Assembly: GCA_976551045.1 (NCBI GenBank)
Contig: CDPCPM010000014.1
Location: 25,792,001 to 25,856,000, forward strand
From: Glaucostegus cemiculus
Lineage: Eukaryota
Direction of reading: 5' to 3'
DNA: 64,000 nucleotides
This document shows, in pieces, positions 1 to 64,000 of this stretch; the stretch's first letter is position 1, and each line of letters starts with the position of its first letter. The notes below the pieces were generated by a model. That model was not told the DNA's origin. It saw nothing but the letters and a program-made list of their open reading frames with translations, and did no database searches. The position numbers and the translations under genes are program-made.

Positions 1-329
1 TTTGCGAGTGGGAATGGCTAGCATTGATATGAACATTAACAATGGCCCTGAGTTGCCAGGGTTCAGTTTCCAAGTTGGGTTGTGGTCTCAATGGTACATT
101 TTGTCTAACAAACCCCTGATTAGAAGTCCCTCCATCATATCAAAAGAGGCTGCAGCCAAGGTGCACTTTTGTTATGACGATGCAAATCACAAATGTGGGG
201 TGAGTGGATGGTAGTATGATCAATGAATGGCAATGCATACTGACTGGAAAGGGAATTCCAAGTATGAGAGAGCAGGCTAGGAAGTAACACAAAAGCACTT
301 ACAATGTACAATAGATATGGAAAAAAGGA

Positions 330-1810
330 AAATTAGCAAATATCAAAATGTGCTCCTTACAGACTGAGACAGGAGAAAATATCAATGGAATAATAATGGA
401 AAGGAAATTAAATATTTTGCCAGTACACATGCAAGTCAACACAAAATCTCTCACAGTGTAGGACTAAAGAGTTAATAAGGATCTCAAAGAAATCAGCACA
501 AATTTAAAAAATCTACCATTGGAAGAATCAGTAGGACTGAAAAACAACAAATCCCCATCGTCTGATGATGACTGTGAATGGTTATCAGCTTCCAAAATTT
601 CATGGATTCTTGGAAGTTGCTATAAATTTAACGTGAGCAAATGTAAGCCCACTCATTATGACAGTTAACGAGACACTAGTATAAAGGAAAATGCTGTAAT
701 TTATTATTAAGGAAGTGGTAACAGGGCATTTGGGAAAGCATAATAGAATTGGGCAGAATTGACATGAAAATATGAAAGGGAAATCATGTTTGATAAATAT
801 GTTGGGAGTTCTTTGACATAACTAGCAGAATAGATAAAGGTGGGCAATTTTATGTGGTGTATTTGCGCTATTTAAGGACTTGATAAGGTGACAAATAAGG
901 GATTATTGAACAAAATTTGGAGCGCATGGTATTAGGGGTAATGGTGTGATTTCATGGTTAGCTAATAGGAAACACAATTCAGATTCATTTTCGGGTCAGT
1001 CAGATGCACAGAGGTCAGTGCAAGGTCTCCATTTATGATTTGGATGAGGGGATCAACTGTGATATGTCAAAGTTTGATGAAACCAAGCTGGATGGCACTG
1101 TGTTGCCTGTGAGAAGGATACAGACAGGTTAAGTGAATGCGCAAAGAAGTGGCGGATGCAATATAATATAGAAAAATATGAGCTTATCCACTGCCTTTTT
1201 TTTGCCAGCGTAGGTGTTGACTTCCAGGGAATCCATGTGTACTTGTACATTAATCACAAAGTTAATATGCAAGGTCAGCAGGCAATTAGGAAGGCAAATG
1301 GTATGTTGGCCCTTACTACATGTAGATTTGAGTACGAGATAGAAATATCTTGCTCCAATTATAAGTAACCCAAGTGAATTTACATCTAGAAGATTATGCA
1401 CAGATCTGGTCTCCTTTTTAAGGTAGGATAAATACTTGCAATGGAGAGATTGCATTGAAGGTTCACTAAATTGATACCAGTCGATGGGTTAAGTAGACTG
1501 AGCCTGTGTTTAATAGAGAGGTGATCTTGTGGAAATGTATATTTATTTTTGTACAGGGCAACTTGTATGCAGCGTTGATGTTTCCCCTGGCTGGGACCAA
1601 AGGTGAGAATCTCAAAATAAGGAGGCAGCCATTCAGGACAGACGAGAAGAAATTTCTGCAGAAGTGATGAATTCAAGTCACTGACTGAATTTAAGATATT
1701 AAGGAATTGAGGAATCTGAGGATAGTGCAGGTAAGTGAGTTGGAGTTAAAAGCTTAGCCATAATCTTATTAAATGAAGAGCAACTGAATGAGCTACCCTT
1801 ATTTCTTGTA
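330..1810 (+). mobile_element. Decayed CR1-clade LINE (RT region to 3' tail)
   Basis: Broken RT motifs (MKGKSCL, DKV, QQAIRKANGMLA, RGDL.E) with many stops and frameshifts. Confidence 0.8.
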
Positions 1811-3797
1811 TTTAAACTGCCTATTGTAGAAGGGAATCAAATAGTATCTTACAGTTCATCTAATGTAGTGGGAGGGATTCACTTAATTATTGGCTACAGG
1901 GTTAGTTGATACTGGATTCACTAGAGATAGTAATTATCACTGAATCAGAGTAAATCTTGCTTTGAAAACCCTCAAATAAAAGTGTCAAGCATTGGTCGAT
2001 TGGTCAAAGTGTGTGTGCAGTGCGGTGGGGTGGGGAAGAGAAGAGGAGGGTGGAGAATCAAATGGAATGTTGGACACAGGGTTCACCTATTGTAACACTA
2101 GGTTTGCATTGATGGTCAATTCAGGTGTTAGTCTCCACAATAATCTTATTGATTATGGCTAATAACACCAAATATTTATTACCAAGCTGTCTAATTCAAA
2201 CAATTAAAAAAAAAACTAAAGAGGTCACTGTCTACAACAGGAGCCTATTTAGGATTTCAGGTTAAGAAGTGAAGCAGCCATAGATTGTAAGACTTGTAAG
2301 AAACTGTGCAGATGTTAACAGGATGTTAGAGGTAGTCCTTTTATTTTGCTACTTTACTGGGAAATGTGTTTGCCCCAAGTCAGCAAGAGCTTCCTGCCTT
2401 GAGGAACAAGTTGATTGCCCTTTTTGAGGATTACAACTTGGATTCATCTGTGAGACACTGGCCTGGGATTCAGTTATTTCTTCCACTTGGGCTTGCACTT
2501 CCAATTTGCTGGAGTTTGCTTTGGCAGATTTTGCACAATATTATTATGGGGTCTCTCCAGTGTTCATTCTATTCTCTTGCAATGACTGGTGGGTGAAAGT
2601 TTCTTGCAGCTCATGAAGAATTTTAAAATGAAAGCTGCCCCAAAAGGGGTCAGAAAATATTTCTTGAATTTGGAAAAATATCTAAAAGAAATTTATTAAA
2701 AACAGCATATTTTCTAGACAGTTCATTGCAGAGAGATAATATTCACTGCTGTTGGCAATGGTGAAAACGTTTGCAGGACCAGCTGGACATCCACTGAGAT
2801 TGTTTTGACTTTTCTGGGTGCAGTATATGAAGTGAAACAAATAAAAATCACACTGGGTCATGGAAAAAAGTTGTTAATCATGTAAGGAGGGAAAAATTGG
2901 GAGGTTTGTGAGTGGGGGATCCATTAACTCTGTACAACATGCAATGTTTATGAGTCAACCCAAGTACTAAGGAGATCCTGTATTACAAAATATAGATACA
3001 AGTCAGTTGGAATTAGTACATAAATCTCTGGCAACATCTGGACAGTTTATGACACCCCCTTGATTGTAACTCACTTTATTCTTCCATTATTGTGCAGGTA
3101 CAGATAACACACTATATTAGTGTTGGTGCATTAGATGTAAATTCAGTTGACTTTCATATCCAAAAATGACTCCCATCATGAACATCAGTTACAAATCCAA
3201 GCACAAAGCCTCCACCTGTCACAATATACAATCTTCATTATACTTATTAGATAATGAGTTACAGTCAACTTTCTTTACCACCTCCCTTTCCTCAACTCTA
3301 CAATAATGTTAGACTTAAGTTAGCAAATACAAATTATTTTTCATAAATCACTAGCTGACCTTCCATGACTTTGCTCTCAGTAAATGAGACAGAGGAGTGG
3401 AAATTGAACTATTAAGTTAGAGAGGAAGGGAAAGAGGATTTCCAGCAAATAATGGATGGAACTCTTCAGGTTCAGAGAGGGCTTAAAAGTCATAACTATG
3501 CAAGGATGTGAACATTTCAGGAGCATTTAAAGGAGAAGTGATGGAAGGGCACAAAGAATCTGGGGCAAGATTAGGAAAGCAGAGCTGGTACCAGGGATGG
3601 AGTAAGGATACATTTTAAAAGCCTGTATGTTGATAGTGGGAGAGGAAAGGGCAGTGAGAAACATGTAGAAGGCCAAAGAATAATTTTAAAAAATCCAAGT
3701 GATGAAAAAAAAATGAACAGACAGTTCAGTCCATCTTTAAACCAGGGAGAGCATGTGTGAGGGACTAATGCAACAAAGAATGGATAATTTTAGGAAT

Positions 3798-4726
3798 TTT
3801 ATTCAGAATAATTTTTATTGTGTTCCATTACAAAAATTAAATTTCAAGAATCTTTAATAGAGTGACCTGGGGAACCATCTTAACTGCTCAAGAATTTTAG
3901 TTTGAAAAGAATAGGAATTTGACTGGTAACTTTTGTGGTAATTGCTTCAGTGAATATGAAGTAACTGCAGTTCAGTTATTTCTGAATGGTTGTTTTTGCA
4001 TAATGCAAAACACCTGAGCAAATCAGCATGTTTCTCAGCTTGTGGATTTTCCCATTTTCTATGGGCACTTTCTGCCTTATTTTGTACAATACTTAGAAAA
4101 TGATTTGAAATGGTAGTGTTTTATTTAAGTCTGTCTTCTGCCAAAGCAATACCAACAGCAAATCATTTAAGTAACTTACCAGTCTTGTAATTTTTTTTGT
4201 CTTGGCATAATATCAACTAGCTTCAGTTTGGGTAAATTCTAAGAATGTTACTCTGTAACTTGATACTCCTATTAACAATCTCAGTAATTCTGCATTAAAA
4301 TGAAGAAATAATAAAACACACAATATTAATCAAGGTGGAAATGAACCAATGCCCTCCATCCCCATTTCCAAACAGAAACTGTTTTTCAAACTGTTATCAC
4401 CAAAGCTTTGAGAGAGCTTATAGGAAATGAATCCATTTCAACAAAGAATATAAAAAGTCTTGGAAAAAAACAAAAATAAATAGTTGAAACCTTCTGGTCC
4501 TTCATTCAAATAATGGCAAAAGAAGCTTGTCACTCTGCTCAGCGTAGTTGGATTTTGAGGCTTTTGTATATCAGACGGAAGTGTCCAGAAATTACGATCA
4601 AATACAGCACAGAGCTGAGAAACAATGACAAGAACGTTGAAGTCTTTGTTTTGCAAAGTCAGCCATAAAGAGCAAATCTAACAAAAGTGCTATAGTGAAA
4701 GGTATCTTTGTGTTCAGGCTCCATTC
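3798..4726 (-). other. TLE4: Probable TLE4 3' UTR with candidate AATAAA polyadenylation signals at 4120-4125, 3814-3819 and 3798-3803
   Basis: AT-rich stretch downstream of the stop with no recognisable repeats; TTTATT hexamers on the + strand; the true 3' end cannot be determined from DNA. Confidence 0.5.
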
Positions 4727-63210
<58,484 letters not shown>

Positions 63211-64000
63211 CTGAAAGTGAATTTCAGAAAGCAAATAATGTCAGTTTCATTTGCATTCTGTAGAATTACATCCTCCTTAAACATAAGAGTGAAAAAACCT
63301 CACTGGTCAATGCCATATGTAATTATCACAGAGCATATTTAACTGCTCAATCCAATCCCTTTTAAGGGTTCACTAACAAAAGGTTTTGGTAAACTGATTT
63401 CTTCAACTCTAACTTAAAGGACAAACTATAACTGAAAAGAAAAATTACAAATTGGTTGCAAATCAACAAAATCTGCTATTTTTCACTTTTAAGAAAATAA
63501 AATTTACTAAGAAAAAGCTGAACTCAGTCTACAAATAACTAAGACTAGGTAAACATAGATAAGAAATGCATTATGTTATGAAAACTATGATACAATTAAA
63601 TTTGTGATACTTTACAAAAACTGCCTCAAGCCTTAATACACTCCACCTCTATGATTGTTGAATACCTTTTTTTGCAGCATCTAATAGATTATACATAACA
63701 CCTTTTCAGTAGTGTACTTTCTGTAAATTCAAAGACTTACAGAAGGATCTAGTGAAGCACCCAAACAAAAGACATTTACTAGTCTTTACAATTTAATGAA
63801 GTCAGGTAAGTGTACCACATCCAGGTATTTGAATACAGACTTCCAACTTAAACATCACACTCAGTGGCACTTAGCATTGAGAATAATCTGCTGAAGCATC
63901 AATGAAAGTACAAGTACCCTGATCCTTGTCATGCTCTTTAAATGGCAAGATAAAGTGAACAAATCTAATTATGAAGTGGAAGAAACTCAGAATAAAAAAT

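Overview
AT-rich vertebrate genomic DNA, probably from a cartilaginous fish (shark or ray), judged from V-SINE/HE1-like, SacSINE1-like, CR1 and Penelope repeat content. The window holds the 3' part of one minus-strand gene, the Groucho-family corepressor TLE4. I traced 15 coding exons by hand, all with GT-AG boundaries and consistent phases. They run from 63210 down to the TAG stop at 4727 and total 1977 nt (658 aa plus stop), covering the end of the Q domain and the GP, CcN, SP and WD40 domains. The 5' exons lie beyond the right edge. Introns, including one of about 29 kb, are filled with decayed CR1, L2, RTE, Gypsy, Penelope, SINE and MITE remnants, and most short ORFs in the track are spurious. 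I found no new multi-gene system. The best leads are: (1) a Penelope element with a 13-bp TSD and a minimal hammerhead ribozyme fold; (2) a perfect 33-bp intronic hairpin; (3) a young CpG-rich solo LTR carrying ETS/CRE motifs; (4) several splicing switches (30-nt alternative donor, CAGx4 acceptor, 17-nt microexon with a frame-rescuing acceptor, AG|GTAAGT recursive-type exon); (5) a two-copy short retroposon with an unrecognised head; and (6) a tRNA-Asp relic. All comparisons to known proteins and repeat consensuses are from memory; no searches were run.
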